The notes under the pieces were generated by a model. It saw only the letters and a program-made list of their open reading frames with translations. It was not told where the DNA came from and made no database searches. The position numbers were made by a program, and so were the translations under genes. Of a stretch of DNA of 64,000 bases, positions 22,201-37,200 are shown in pieces (positions within the stretch are counted from its first letter, which is position 1; the number at the start of each line of letters is the position of its first letter). This DNA comes from Eledone cirrhosa. Lineage: Eukaryota. Location: the NCBI GenBank assembly GCA_964016885.1, contig OZ024749.1, positions 16,988,001-17,052,000 on the forward strand, read 5' to 3'.

Positions 22201-25200
22201 CCACTCTACAGCATGGGCTGGTGCTTTTTGCTGTGTCTCTCACATGTCCACTCTACGGCATGGGCTGGGTGCTTTTTGCTGTGTCTCTCACATGTCCACT
22301 TTACAGCATGGGCTGGGTGCTTTTTGCTGTGTCTCTCACATGTCCACTCTACAGCATGGGCTGGGTGCTTTCTGCTGTGTCTCTCACGTGTCCACTTTAC
22401 AGCATGGGCTGGGTGCTTTTTGCTGTGTCTCTCACATGTCCACTTTACAGCATGGGCTGGCTGCTTTTTGCTGTGTCTCTCACATGTCCAATTTACAGCA
22501 TGGGCTGGGTGCTTTTTGCTGTGTCTCTCACATGTCCACTCTACAGCATGGGCTGGATTGCTTTTTTCTGTGTCTCTCACATGTCCACTTTACAGCATGG
22601 GCTGGGTGCTTTTTGCTGTGTCTCTCACATGTCCACTTTACAGCATGGGCTGGGTGCTTTTTGCTGTGTCTTTCACATGTCCACTTTACAGCATGGGCTG
22701 GGTGCTTTTTGCTGTGTCTTTCACATGTACACTTTACAGCATGGGCTGGGTGCTTTTTGCTGTGTCTTTCACATGTCCACTCTATAGCATGGGGTGGGTG
22801 CTTTTTTCTGTGTCTCTCACATGTCCCCTCTACAGCATGGGCTAGGTGCTTTTTGCTGTGTCTCTCACACATCCACTCTACAGCATGGGCTCGGTACTTT
22901 TTGCTGTGTCTCTCACATGTCCACTTTACAGCATGGTCTGGGTGCTCTTTGATGTGTCTCTCACATGTCCACTTTACAGCATGGGCTGGGTGCTTTTTGC
23001 TGTGTCTTTCACATGTCCACTCTATAGAATGGGCTGGGTGCTTTTTGCTGTGTCTCTCACATGTCCCCTCTACAGCATGGGCTAGGTGCTTTTTGCTGTG
23101 TCTCTCACACATCCACTCTACAGCATGGGCTGGGTGCTTTTTGCTGTGTTTTTCACATGTCCAATTTACAGCGTGGGCTGGGTGCTTTTTGCTGTGTCTT
23201 TCACATGTCCACTTTGCAGCATGGGCTGGGTGCTTTTTGCTGTGTCTCTCACATGTCCACATTACAGCATGGGCTGGGTGCTTTTTGCTGTGTCTTTCAC
23301 ATGTCCACTTTACAGCATGGGCTGGGTGCTTTTTGCTGTGTCTCTCACATGTCCACTTTACAGCATGGGCTTGGTGCTTTTTGCGGTGTCTTTCACATGT
23401 CCACTCTATAGCATGGGCTGGGTGCTTTTTTCTGTGTCTCTCACATGTCCCCTCTACAGCATGGGCTAGGTGCTTTTTGCTGTGTCTCTCAAACATCCAC
23501 TCTGCAGCATGGGCTGGATACTTTTTGCTGTGTCTCTCACATGTCCACTCTACAGCAGGGGCTGGCTGCTTTTTTCTGTGTCTCTCACATGTCCACTTTA
23601 CAGCATGGGCTGGGTGCTTTTTGCTGTGTCTCTCACATGTCCTCTTTACAGCATGGGCTGGGTGCTTTTTGCTGTGTCTTTCACATGTTCAATTTACAGC
23701 GTGGGCTGGGTGCTTTTTGCTGTGTCTCTCACACGTCCACTCTACAGCATGGGCTGGGTGCTTTTTGCTGTGTCTCTCACACGTCCACTCTACAGCATGG
23801 GCTGGGTGCTTTTTGCTGTGTTTTTCACATGTTCAATTTACAGCGTGGGCTGGGTGCTTTTTGCTTTGTCTCTCACATGTCCACTTTACAGCATGGGCTG
23901 GGTGGTTTTTGCTGTGTCTCTCACATGTCTACTTTACAGCATGGGCTGGGTGCTTTTTACTTTGTCTCTCACATGTCCACTTTACAGCATGGGCTGGGTG
24001 CTTTTTGCTGTGTCTCTCACATGTCTACTTTACAGCATGGGCTGGGTACTTTTTACTTTGTCTCTCACATGTCTACTTTACAGCATGGGCTGGGTGCTTT
24101 TTGCTGTGTCTCTCACATGTCTACTTTACAGCATGGGCTGGGTACTTTTTACTTTGTCTCTCACATGTCTACTTTACAGCATGGGCTGGGTGCTTTTTGC
24201 TGTGTCTCTAACATGTCCACTTTACAGCATGGGCTGGGTGCTTTTTACTTTGTCTCTCACATGTCTACTTTACAGCATGGGCTGGGTGCTTTTTACTTTG
24301 TCTCTCACATGTCTACTTTACAGCATGGGCTGGGTGCTTTTTGCTGTGTCTCTCACATGTCCACTTTACAGCATGGGCTGGGTGCTTTTTGCTGTGTCTC
24401 TCACATGTCCACTTTACAGCATGGGCTGGGTGTTTTTGCTGTGTCTCTCACATGTCCACTTTACAGCATGGGCTGGGTGCTTTTTGCTGTGTCTCTCACA
24501 TGTCCACTTTACAGCATGGGCTGGGTGCTTTTTGCTGTGTCTCTCACATGTCCACTTTACAGCATGGGCTGGGTGATTTTGCTGTGTCTCTAACATGTCC
24601 ACTCTACAGCATGGGCTGGGTGCTTTTTGCTGTGTCTCTCACATGTCCACTCTACAGCATGGGCTGGGTGCTTTTTGCTGTCTCTCACATGTCCACTCTA
24701 CAGCAGGGGCTGGCTGCTTTTTTCTGTGTCTCTCACATGTCCACTTTACAGCATGGGCTGGGTGCTTTTTGCTGTGTCTCTCACATGTCCTCTTTACAGC
24801 ATGGGCTGGGTGCTTTTTGCTGTCTTTCACATGTCCACTTTACAGCATGGGCTGGGTGCTTTTTGCTGTGTCTCTCACATGTCCACTTTACAGCATGGGC
24901 TGGGTGCTTTTTGCTGTGTCTTTCACATGTCCACTTTGCAGCATGGGCTGGGTGCTTTTTGCTGTGTCTCTCACATGTCCACATTACAGCATGGGCTGGG
25001 TGCTTTTAGCTGTGTCTTTCACATGTCCACTTTACAGCATGGGCTGGGTGCTTTTTACTTTGTCTCTCACATGTCCACTTTACAGCATGGGCTGGGTGCT
25101 TTTTGCTGTGTCTCTCACATGTCTATTTTACAGCATGGGCTGGGTACTTTTTACTTTGTCTCTCACATGTCTACTTTACAGCATGGGCTGGGTGCTTTTT

Positions 25201-28200
25201 GCTGTGTCTCTAACATGTCCACTTTACAGCATGGGCTGGGTGCTTTTTGCTGTGTCTCTCACATGTCTACTTTACAGCATGGGCTGGGTACTTTTTACTT
25301 TGTCTCTCACATGTCTACTTTACAGCATGGGCTGGGTGCTTTTTGCTGTGTCTCTCACATGTCTACTTTACAGCATGGGCTGGGTACTTTTTACTTTGTC
25401 TCTCACATGTCTACTTTACAGCATGGGCTGGGTGCTTTTTGCTGTGTCTCTAACATGTCCACTTTACAGCATGGGCTGGGTGCTTTTTACTTTGTCTCTC
25501 ACATGTCTACTTTACAGCATGGGCTGGGTGCTTTTTACTTTGTCTCTCACATGTCTACTTTACAGCATGGGCTGGGTGCTTTTTGCTGTGTCTCTCACAT
25601 GTCCACTTTACAGCATGGGCTGGGTGCTTTTTGCTGTGTCTCTCACATGTCTACTTTACAGCATGGGCTGGGTGTTTTTGCTGTGTCTCTCACATGTCCA
25701 CTTTACAGCATGGGCTGGGTGCTTTTTGCTGTGTCTCTCACATGTCCACTCTACAGCATGGGCTGGGTGCTTTTTGCTGTGTCTCTCACATGTCCACTTT
25801 ACAGCATGGGCTGGGTGCTTTTTGCTGTGTCTCTCACATGTCCACTTTACAGCATGGGCTGGGTGATTTTGCTGTGTCTCTAACATGTCCACTCTACAGC
25901 ATGGGCTGGGTGCTTTTTGCTGTGTCTCTCACATGTCCACTCTACAGCATGGGCTGGGTGCTTTTTGCTCTGTCTCTCACATGTCCACTCTACAGCAGGG
26001 GCTGGCTGCTTTTTTCTGTGTCTCTCACATGTCCACTTTACAGCATGGGCTGGGTGCTTTTTGCTGTGTCTCTCACATGTCCACTTTACAGCATGGGCTG
26101 GGTGCTTTTTGCTGTGTCTCTCACATGTCTACTTTACAGCATGGGCTGGGTGTTTTTGCTGTGTCTCTCACATGTCCACTTTACAGCATGGGCTGGGTGC
26201 TTTTTGCTGTGTCTCTCACATGTCCACTCTACAGCATGGGCTGGGTGCTTTTTGCTGTGTCTCTCACATGTCCACTTTACAGCATGGGCTGGGTGCTTTT
26301 TGCTGTGTCTCTCACATGTCCACTTTACAGCATGGGCTGGGTGATTTTGCTGTGTCTCTAACATGTCCACTCTACAGCATGGGCTGGGTGCTTTTTGCTG
26401 TGTCTCTCACATGTCCACTCTACAGCATGGGCTGGGTGCTTTTTGCTCTGTCTCTCACATGTCCACTCTACAGCAGGGGCTGGCTGCTTTTTTCTGTGTC
26501 TCTCACATGTCCACTTTACAGCATGGGCTGGGTGCTTTTTGCTGTGTCTTTCACATGTCCACTTTACAGCATGGGCTGGGTGCTTTTTGCTGTGTCTCTC
26601 ACATGTCCACTTTACAGCATGGGCTGGGTGCTTTTTGCTGTGTCTTTCACATGTCCACTTTGCAGCATGGGCTGGGTGCTTTTTGCTGTGTCTCTCACAT
26701 GTCCACATTACAGCATGGGCTGGGTGCTTTTAGCTGTGTCTTTCACATGTCCACTTTACAGCATGGGTTGGGTGCTTTTTACTTTGTCTCTCACATGTCC
26801 ACTTTACAGCATGGGCTGGGTGCTTTTTGCTGTGTCTCTCACATGTCTACTTTACAGCATGGGCTGGGTGCTTTTTGCTGTGTCTCTCACATGTCTACTT
26901 TACAGCATGGGCTGGGTACTTTTTACTTTGTCTCTCACATGTCTACTTTACAGCATGGGCTGGGTGCTTTTTGCTGTGTCTCTAACATGTCCACTTTACA
27001 GCATGGGCTGGGTGCTTTTTACTTTGTCTCTCACATGTCTACTTTACAGCATGGGCTGGGTGCTTTTTACTTTGTCTCTCACATGTCTACTTTACAGCAT
27101 GGGCTGGGTGCTTTTTGCTGTGTCTCTCACATGTCCACTTTACAGCATGGGCTGGGTGCTTTTTGCTGTGTCTCTCACATGTCCACTTTACAGCATGGGC
27201 TGGGTGTTTTTGCTGTGTCTCTAACATGTCCACTCTACAGCATGGGCTGGTGCTTTTTGCTGTGTCTCTCACATGTCCACTCTACGGCATGGGCTGGGTG
27301 CTTTTTGCTGTGTCTCTCACATGTCCACTTTACAGCATGGGCTGGGTGCTTTTTGCTGTGTCTCTCACATGTCCACTCTACAGCATGGGCTGGGTGCTTT
27401 TTGCTGTGTCTCTCACATGTCCTCTTTACAGCATGGGCTGGGTGCTTTTTGCTGTCTTTCACATGTCCACTTTACAGCATGGGCTGGGTGCTTTTTGCTG
27501 TGTCTCTAACATGTCCACTCTACAGCATGGGCTGGTGCTTTTTGCTGTGTCTCTCACATGTCCACTCTACGGCATGGGCTGGGTGCTTTTTGCTGTGTCT
27601 CTCACATGTCCACTCTACGGCATGGGCTGGGTGCTTTTTGCTGTGTCTCTCACATGTCCACTTTACAGCATGGGCTGGGTGCTTTTTGCTGTGTCTCTCA
27701 CATGTCCTCTTTACAGCATGGGCTGGGTGCTTTTTGCTGTCTTTCACATGTCCACTTTACAGCATGGGCTGGGTGCTTTTTGCTGTGTCTCTCACATGTC
27801 CACTTTACAGCATGGGCTGGGTGCTTTTTGCTGTGTCTTTCACATGTCCACTTTGCAGCATGGGCTGGGTGCTTTTTGCTGTGTCTCTCACATGTCCACA
27901 TTACAGCATGGGCTGGGTGCTTTTAGCTGTGTCTTTCACATGTCCACTTTACAGCATGGGCTGGGTGCTTTTTACTTTGTCTCTCACATGTCCACTTTAC
28001 AGCATGGGCTGGGTGCTTTTTGCTGTGTCTCTCACATGTCTATTTTACAGCATGGGCTGGGTACTTTTTACTTTGTCTCTCACATGTCTACTTTACAGCA
28101 TGGGCTGGGTGCTTTTTGCTGTGTCTCTAACATGTCCACTTTACAGCATGGGCTGGGTGCTTTTTGCTGTGTCTCTCACATGTCTACTTTACAGCATGGG

Positions 28201-31200
28201 CTGGGTACTTTTTACTTTGTCTCTCACATGTCTACTTTACAGCATGGGCTGGGTGCTTTTTGCTGTGTCTCTCACATGTCTACTTTACAGCATGGGCTGG
28301 GTACTTTTTACTTTGTCTCTCACATGTCTACTTTACAGCATGGGCTGGGTGCTTTTTGCTGTGTCTCTAACATGTCCACTTTACAGCATGGGCTGGGTGC
28401 TTTTTACTTTGTCTCTCACATGTCTACTTTACAGCATGGGCTGGGTGCTTTTTACTTTGTCTCTCACATGTCTACTTTACAGCATGGGCTGGGTGCTTTT
28501 TGCTGTGTCTCTCACATGTCCACTTTACAGCATGGGCTGGGTGCTTTTTGCTGTGTCTCTCACATGTCTACTTTACAGCATGGGCTGGGTGTTTTTGCTG
28601 TGTCTCTCACATGTCCACTTTACAGCATGGGCTGGGTGCTTTTTGCTGTGTCTCTCACATGTCCACTCTACAGCATGGGCTGGGTGCTTTTTGCTGTGTC
28701 TCTCACATGTCCACTTTACAGCATGGGCTGGGTGCTTTTTGCTGTGTCTCTCACATGTCCACTTTACAGCATGGGCTGGGTGATTTTGCTGTGTCTCTAA
28801 CATGTCCACTCTACAGCATGGGCTGGGTGCTTTTTGCTGTGTCTCTCACATGTCCACTCTACAGCATGGGCTGGGTGCTTTTTGCTCTGTCTCTCACATG
28901 TCCACTCTACAGCAGGGGCTGGCTGCTTTTTTCTGTGTCTCTCACATGTCCACTTTACAGCATGGGCTGGGTGCTTTTTGCTGTGTCTCTCACATGTCCA
29001 CTTTACAGCATGGGCTGGGTGCTTTTTGCTGTGTCTCTCACATGTCTACTTTACAGCATGGGCTGGGTGTTTTTGCTGTGTCTCTCACATGTCCACTTTA
29101 CAGCATGGGCTGGGTGCTTTTTGCTGTGTCTCTCACATGTCCACTCTACAGCATGGGCTGGGTGCTTTTTGCTGTGTCTCTCACATGTCCACTTTACAGC
29201 ATGGGCTGGGTGCTTTTTGCTGTGTCTCTCACATGTCCACTTTACAGCATGGGCTGGGTGATTTTGCTGTGTCTCTAACATGTCCACTCTACAGCATGGG
29301 CTGGGTGCTTTTTGCTGTGTCTCTCACATGTCCACTCTACAGCATGGGCTGGGTGCTTTTTGCTCTGTCTCTCACATGTCCACTCTACAGCAGGGGCTGG
29401 CTGCTTTTTTCTGTGTCTCTCACATGTCCACTTTACAGCATGGGCTGGGTGCTTTTTGCTGTGTCTTTCACATGTCCACTTTACAGCATGGGCTGGGTGC
29501 TTTTTGCTGTGTCTCTCACATGTCCACTTTACAGCATGGGCTGGGTGCTTTTTGCTGTGTCTTTCACATGTCCACTTTGCAGCATGGGCTGGGTGCTTTT
29601 TGCTGTGTCTCTCACATGTCCACATTACAGCATGGGCTGGGTGCTTTTAGCTGTGTCTTTCACATGTCCACTTTACAGCATGGGCTGGGTGCTTTTTACT
29701 TTGTCTCTCACATGTCCACTTTACAGCATGGGCTGGGTGCTTTTTGCTGTGTCTCTCACATGTCTACTTTACAGCATGGGCTGGGTGCTTTTTGCTGTGT
29801 CTCTCACATGTCTACTTTACAGCATGGGCTGGGTACTTTTTACTTTGTCTCTCACATGTCTACTTTACAGCATGGGCTGGGTGCTTTTTGCTGTGTCTCT
29901 AACATGTCCACTTTACAGCATGGGCTGGGTGCTTTTTACTTTGTCTCTCACATGTCTACTTTACAGCATGGGCTGGGTGCTTTTTACTTTGTCTCTCACA
30001 TGTCTACTTTACAGCATGGGCTGGGTGCTTTTTGCTGTGTCTCTCACATGTCCACTTTACAGCATGGGCTGGGTGCTTTTTGCTGTGTCTCTCACATGTC
30101 CACTTTACAGCATGGGCTGGGTGTTTTTGCTGTGTCTCTAACATGTCCACTCTACAGCATGGGCTGGTGCTTTTTGCTGTGTCTCTCACATGTCCACTCT
30201 ACGGCATGGGCTGGGTGCTTTTTGCTGTGTCTCTCACATGTCCACTTTACAGCATGGGCTGGGTGCTTTTTGCTGTGTCTCTCACATGTCCACTCTACAG
30301 CATGGGCTGGGTGCTTTCTGCTGTGTCTCTCACGTGTCCACTTTACAGCATGGGCTGGGTGCTTTTTGCTGTGTCTCTCACATGTCCACTTTACAGCATG
30401 GGCTGGCTGCTTTTTGCTGTGTCTCTCACATGTCCAATTTACAGCATGGGCTGGGTGCTTTTTGCTGTGTCTCTCACATGTCCACTCTACAGCATGGGCT
30501 GGCTGCTTTTTTCTGTGTCTCTCACATGTCCACTTTACAGCATGGGCTGGGTGCTTTTTGCTGTGTCTCTCACATGTCCACTTTACAGCATGGGCTGGGT
30601 GCTTTTTGCTGTGTCTTTCACATGTCCACTTTACAGCATGGGCTGGGTGCTTTTTGCTGTGTCTTTCACATGTACACTTTACAGCATGGGCTGGGTGCTT
30701 TTTTCTGTGTCTCTCACATGTCCCCTCTACAGCATGGGCTAGGTGCTTTTTGCTGTGTCTCTCACACATCCACTCTACAGCATGGGCTCGGTACTTTTTG
30801 CTGTGTCTCTCACATGTCCACTTTACAGCATGGGCTGGGTGCTCTTTGATGTGTCTCTCACATGTCCACTTTACAGCATGGGCTGGGTGCTTTTTGCTGT
30901 GTCTTTCACATGTCCACTCTATAGAATGGGCTGGGTGCTTTTTGCTGTGTCTCTCACATGTCCCCTCTACAGCATGGGCTAGGTGCTTTTTGCTGTGTCT
31001 CTCACACATCCACTCTACAGCATGGGCTGGGTGCTTTTTGCTGTGTTTTTCACATGTCCAATTTACAGCGTGGGCTGGGTGCTTTTTGCTGTGTCTTTCA
31101 CATGTCCACTTTGCAGCATGGGCTGGGTGCTTTTTGCTGTGTCTCTCACATGTCCACATTACAGCATGGGCTGGGTGCTTTTTGCTGTGTCTTTCACATG

Positions 31201-34200
31201 TCCACTTTACAGCATGGGCTGGGTGCTTTTTGCTGTGTCTCTCACATGTCCACTTTACAGCATGGGCTTGGTGCTTTTTGCGGTGTCTTTCACATGTCCA
31301 CTCTATAGCATGGGCTGGGTGCTTTTTTCTGTGTCTCTCACATGTCCCCTCTACAGCATGGGCTAGGTGCTTTTTGCTGTGTCTCTCAAACATCCACTCT
31401 GCAGCATGGGCTGGATACTTTTTGCTGTGTCTCTCACATGTCCACTCTACAGCAGGGGCTGGCTGCTTTTTTCTGTGTCTCTCACATGTCCACTTTACAG
31501 CATGGGCTGGGTGCTTTTTGCTGTGTCTCTCACATGTCCTCTTTACAGCATGGGCTGGGTGCTTTTTGCTGTGTCTTTCACATGTTCAATTTACAGCGTG
31601 GGCTGGGTGCTTTTTGCTGTGTCTCTCACACGTCCACTCTACAGCATGGGCTGGGTGCTTTTTGCTGTGTCTCTCACACGTCCACTCTACAGCATGGGCT
31701 GGGTGCTTTTTGCTGTGTTTTTCACATGTTCAATTTACAGCGTGGGCTGGGTGCTTTTTGCTTTGTCTCTCACATGTCCACTTTACAGCATGGGCTGGGT
31801 GGTTTTTGCTGTGTCTCTCACATGTCTACTTTACAGCATGGGCTGGGTGCTTTTTACTTTGTCTCTCACATGTCCACTTTACAGCATGGGCTGGGTGCTT
31901 TTTGCTGTGTCTCTCACATGTCTACTTTACAGCATGGGCTGGGTACTTTTTACTTTGTCTCTCACATGTCTACTTTACAGCATGGGCTGGGTGCTTTTTG
32001 CTGTGTCTCTCACATGTCTACTTTACAGCATGGGCTGGGTACTTTTTACTTTGTCTCTCACATGTCTACTTTACAGCATGGGCTGGGTGCTTTTTGCTGT
32101 GTCTCTAACATGTCCACTTTACAGCATGGGCTGGGTGCTTTTTACTTTGTCTCTCACATGTCTACTTTACAGCATGGGCTGGGTGCTTTTTACTTTGTCT
32201 CTCACATGTCTACTTTACAGCATGGGCTGGGTGCTTTTTGCTGTGTCTCTCACATGTCCACTTTACAGCATGGGCTGGGTGCTTTTTGCTGTGTCTCTCA
32301 CATGTCCACTTTACAGCATGGGCTGGGTGTTTTTGCTGTGTCTCTCACATGTCCACTTTACAGCATGGGCTGGGTGCTTTTTGCTGTGTCTCTCACATGT
32401 CCACTTTACAGCATGGGCTGGGTGCTTTTTGCTGTGTCTCCCACATGTCCACTTTACAGCATGGGCTGGGTGATTTTGCTGTGTCTCTAACATGTCCACT
32501 CTACAGCATGGGCTGGGTGCTTTTTGCTGTGTCTCTCACATGTCCACTCTACAGCATGGGCTGGGTGCTTTTTGCTGTCTCTCACATGTCCACTCTACAG
32601 CAGGGGCTGGCTGCTTTTTTCTGTGTCTCTCACATGTCCACTTTACAGCATGGGCTGGGTGCTTTTTGCTGTGTCTCTCACATGTCCTCTTTACAGCATG
32701 GGCTGGGTGCTTTTTGCTGTCTTTCACATGTCCACTTTACAGCATGGGCTGGGTGCTTTTTGCTGTGTCTCTCACATGTCCACTTTACAGCATGGGCTGG
32801 GTGCTTTTTGCTGTGTCTTTCACATGTCCACTTTGCAGCATGGGCTGGGTGCTTTTTGCTGTGTCTCTCACATGTCCACATTACAGCATGGGCTGGGTGC
32901 TTTTAGCTGTGTCTTTCACATGTCCACTTTACAGCATGGGCTGGGTGCTTTTTACTTTGTCTCTCACATGTCCACTTTACAGCATGGGCTGGGTGCTTTT
33001 TGCTGTGTCTCTCACATGTCTATTTTACAGCATGGGCTGGGTACTTTTTACTTTGTCTCTCACATGTCTACTTTACAGCATGGGCTGGGTGCTTTTTGCT
33101 GTGTCTCTAACATGTCCACTTTACAGCATGGGCTGGGTGCTTTTTACTTTGTCTCTCACATGTCTACTTTACAGCATGGGCTGGGTGCTTTTTACTTTGT
33201 CTCTCACATGTCTACTTTACAGCATGGGCTGGGTGCTTTTTGCTGTGTCTCTCACATGTCCACTTTACAGCATGGGCTGGGTGCTTTTTGCTGTGTCTCT
33301 CACATGTCCACTTTACAGCATGGGCTGGGTGTTTTTGCTGTGTCTCTAACATGTCCACTCTACAGCATGGGCTGGTGCTTTTTGCTGTGTCTCTCACATG
33401 TCCACTCTACGGCATGGGCTGGGTGCTTTTTGCTGTGTCTCTCACATGTCCACTTTACAGCATGGGCTGGGTGCTTTTTGCTGTGTCTCTCACATGTCCA
33501 CTCTACAGCATGGGCTGGGTGCTTTTTGCTGTGTCTCTCACGTGTCCACTTTACAGCATGGGCTGGGTGCTTTTTGCTGTGTCTCTCACATGTCCACTTT
33601 ACAGCATGGGCTGGCTGCTTTTTGCTGTGTCTCTCACATGTCCAATTTACAGCATGGGCTGGGTGCTTTTTGCTGTGTCTCTCACATGTCCACTCTACAG
33701 CATGGGCTGGCTGCTTTTTGCTGTGTCTTTCACATGTCCACTTTACAGCATGGGCTGGGTGCTTTTTGCTGTGTCTTTCACATGTACACTTTACAGCATG
33801 GGCTGGGTGCTTTTTGCTGTGTCTTTCACATGTCCACTCTATAGCATGGGGTGGGTGCTTTTTTCTGTGTCTCTCACACATCCACTCTACAGCAGGGGCT
33901 GGCTGCTTTTTTCTGTGTCTCTCACATGTCCACTTTACAGCATGGGCTGAGTGCTTTTTGATGTGTCTCTCACATGTCCTCTTTACAGCATGGGCTGGGT
34001 GCTTTTTGCTGTGTCTTTCACATGTTCAATTTACAGCGTGGGCTGGGTGCTTTTTGCTGTGTCTCTCACACGTCCACTCTACAGCATGGGCTGGGTGCTT
34101 TTTGCTGTGTCTCTCACACGTCCACTCTACAGCATGGGCTGGGTGCTTTTTGCTGTGTTTTTCACATGTTCAATTTACAGCGTGGGCTGGGTGCTTTTTG

Positions 34201-37200
34201 CTTTGTCTCTCACATGTCCACTTTACAGCATGGGCTGGGTGCTTTTTGCTGTGTCTTTCACATGTCCACTTTACAGCATGGGCTGGGTACTTTTTACTTT
34301 GTCTCTCACATGTCTACTTTACAGCATGGGCTGGGTGCTTTTTACTTTGTCTCTCACATGTCCACTTTACAGCATGGGCTGGGTGGTTTTTGCTGTGTCT
34401 CTCACATGTCTACTTTACAGCATGGGCTGGGTACTTTTTACTTTGTCTCTCACATGTCTACTTTACAGCATGGGCTGGGTGCTTTTTGCTGTGTCTCTCA
34501 CATGTCTACTTTACAGCATGGGCTGGGTACTTTTTACTTTGTTTCTCACATGTCTACTTTACAGCATGGGCTGGGTGCTTTTTGCTGTGTCTCTAACATG
34601 TCCACTTTACAGCATGGGCTGGGTGCTTTTTACTTTGTCTCTCACATGTCTACTTTACAGCATGGGCTGGGTGCTTTTTACTTTGTCTCTCACATGTCTA
34701 CTTTACAGCATGGGCTGGGTGCTTTTTGCTGTGTCTCTCACGTGTCCACTTTACAGCATGGGCTGGGTGCTTTTTGCTGTGTCTCTCACATGTCCACTTT
34801 ACAGCATGGGCTGGCTGCTTTTTGCTGTGTCTCTCACATGTCCAATTTACAGCATGGGCTGGGTGCTTTTTGCTGTGTCTCTCACATGTCCACTCTACAG
34901 CATGGGCTGGCTGCTATTTTCTGTGTCTCTCACATGTCCCCTCTACAGCATGGGCTAGGTGCTTTTTGCTGTGTCTCTCACACATCCACTCTACAGCATG
35001 GGCTCGGTACTTTTTGCTGTGTCTCTCACATGTCCACTTTACAGCATGGGCTGGGTGCTCTTTGATGTGTCTCTCACATGTCCACTTTACAGCATGGGCT
35101 GGGTGCTTTTTGCTGTGTCTCTCACATGTCCCCTCTACAGCATGGGCTAGGTGCTTTTTGCTGTGTCTCTCACACATCCACTCTACAGCATGGGCTGGGT
35201 GCTTTTTGCTGTGTTTTTCACATGTCCAATTTACAGCGTGGGCTGGGTGCTTTTTGCTGTGTCTTTCACATGTCCACTTTGCAGCATGGGCTGGGTGCTT
35301 TTTGCTGTGTCTCTCACATGTCCACATTACAGCATGGGCTGGGTGCTTTTTGCTGTGTCTTTCACATGTCCACTTTACAGCATGGGCTGGGTGCTTTTTG
35401 CTGTGTCTCTCACATGTCCACTTTACAGCATGGGCTTGGTGCTTTTTGCTGTGTCTTTCACATGTCCACTCTATAGCATGGGCTGGGTGCTTTTTTCTGT
35501 GTCTCTCACATGTCCCCTCTACAGCATGGGCTAGGTGCTTTTTGCTGTGTCTCTCAAACATCCACTCTACAGCATGGGCTGGATACTTTTTGCTGTGTCT
35601 CTCACATGTCCACTCTACAGCAGGGGCTGGCTGCTTTTTTCTGTGTCTCTCACATGTCCACTTTACAGCATGGGCTGGGTGCTTTTTGCTGTGTCTCTCA
35701 CATGTCCTCTTTACAGCATGGGCTGGGTGCTTATTGCTGTGTCTTTCACATGTTCAATTTACAGTGTGGGCTGGGTGCTTTTTGCTGTGTCTCTCACACG
35801 TCCACTCTACAGCATGGGCTGGGTGCTTTTTGCTGTGTCTCTCACACGTCCACTCTACAGCATGGGCTGGGTGCTTTTTGCTGTGTTTTTCACATGTTCA
35901 ATTTACAGCGTGGGCTGGGTGCTTTTTGCTTTGTCTCTCACATGTCCACTTTACAGCATGGGCTGGGTGCTTTTTGCTGTGTCTCTCACATGTCCACTTT
36001 ACAGCATGGTCTGGGTACTTTTTACTTTGTCTCTCACATGTCTACTTTACAGCATGGGCTGGGTGCTTTTTACTTTGTCTCTCACATGTCCACTTTACAG
36101 CATGGGCTGGGTGCTTTTTGCTGTGTCTCTCACATGTCTACTTTACAGCATGGGCTGGGTACTTTTTACTTTGTCTCTCACATGTCTACTTTACAGCATG
36201 GGCTGGGTGATTTTTGCTGTGTCTCTCACATGTCTACTTTACAGCATGGGCTGGGTACTTTTTACTTTGTCTCTCACATGTCTACTTTACAGCATGGGCT
36301 GGGTGCTTTTTGCTGTGTCTCTAACATGTCCACTTTACAGCATGGGCTGGGTGCTTTTTACTTTGTCTCTCACATGTCTACTTTACAGCATGGGCTGGGT
36401 GCTTTTTACTTTGTCTCTCACATGTCTACTTTACAGCATGGGCTGGGTGCTTTTTGCTGTGTCTCTCACATGTCCACTTTACAGCATGGGCTGGGTGCTT
36501 TTTGCTGTGTCTCTCACATGTCTACTTTACAGCATGGGCTGGGTGTTTTTGCTGTGTCTCTCACATGTCCACTTTACAGCATGGGCTGGGTGCTTTTTGC
36601 TGTGTCTCTCACATGTCCACTCTACAGCATGGGCTGGGTGCTTTTTGCTGTGTCTCTCACATGTCCACTTTACAGCATGGGCTGGGTGCTTTTTGCTGTG
36701 TCTCTCACATGTACACTTTACAGCATGGGCTGGGTGCTTTTTGCTGTGTCTCTCACATGTCCACTCTACAGCATGGGCTGGGTGCTTTTTGCTCTGTCTC
36801 TCACATGTCCACTCTACAGCAGGGGCTGGCTGCTTTTTTCTGTGTCTCTCACATGTCCACTTTACAGCATGGGCTGGGTGCTTTTTGCTGTGTCTCTCAC
36901 ATGTCCTCTTTACATCATGGGCTGGGTGCTTTTTGCTGTGTCTTTCACATGTCCACTTTACAGCATGGGCTGGGTGCTTTTTGCTGTGTCTCTCACATGT
37001 CCACTTTACAGCATGGGCTGGGTGCTTTTTGCTGTGTCTTTCACATGTCCACTTTGCAGCATGGGCTGGGTGCTTTTTGCTGTGTCTCTCACATGTCCAC
37101 ATTACAGCATGGGCTGGGTGCTTTTAGCTGTGTCTTTCACATGTCCACTTTACAGCATGGGCTGGGTGCTTTTTACTTTGTCTCTCACATGTCCACTTTA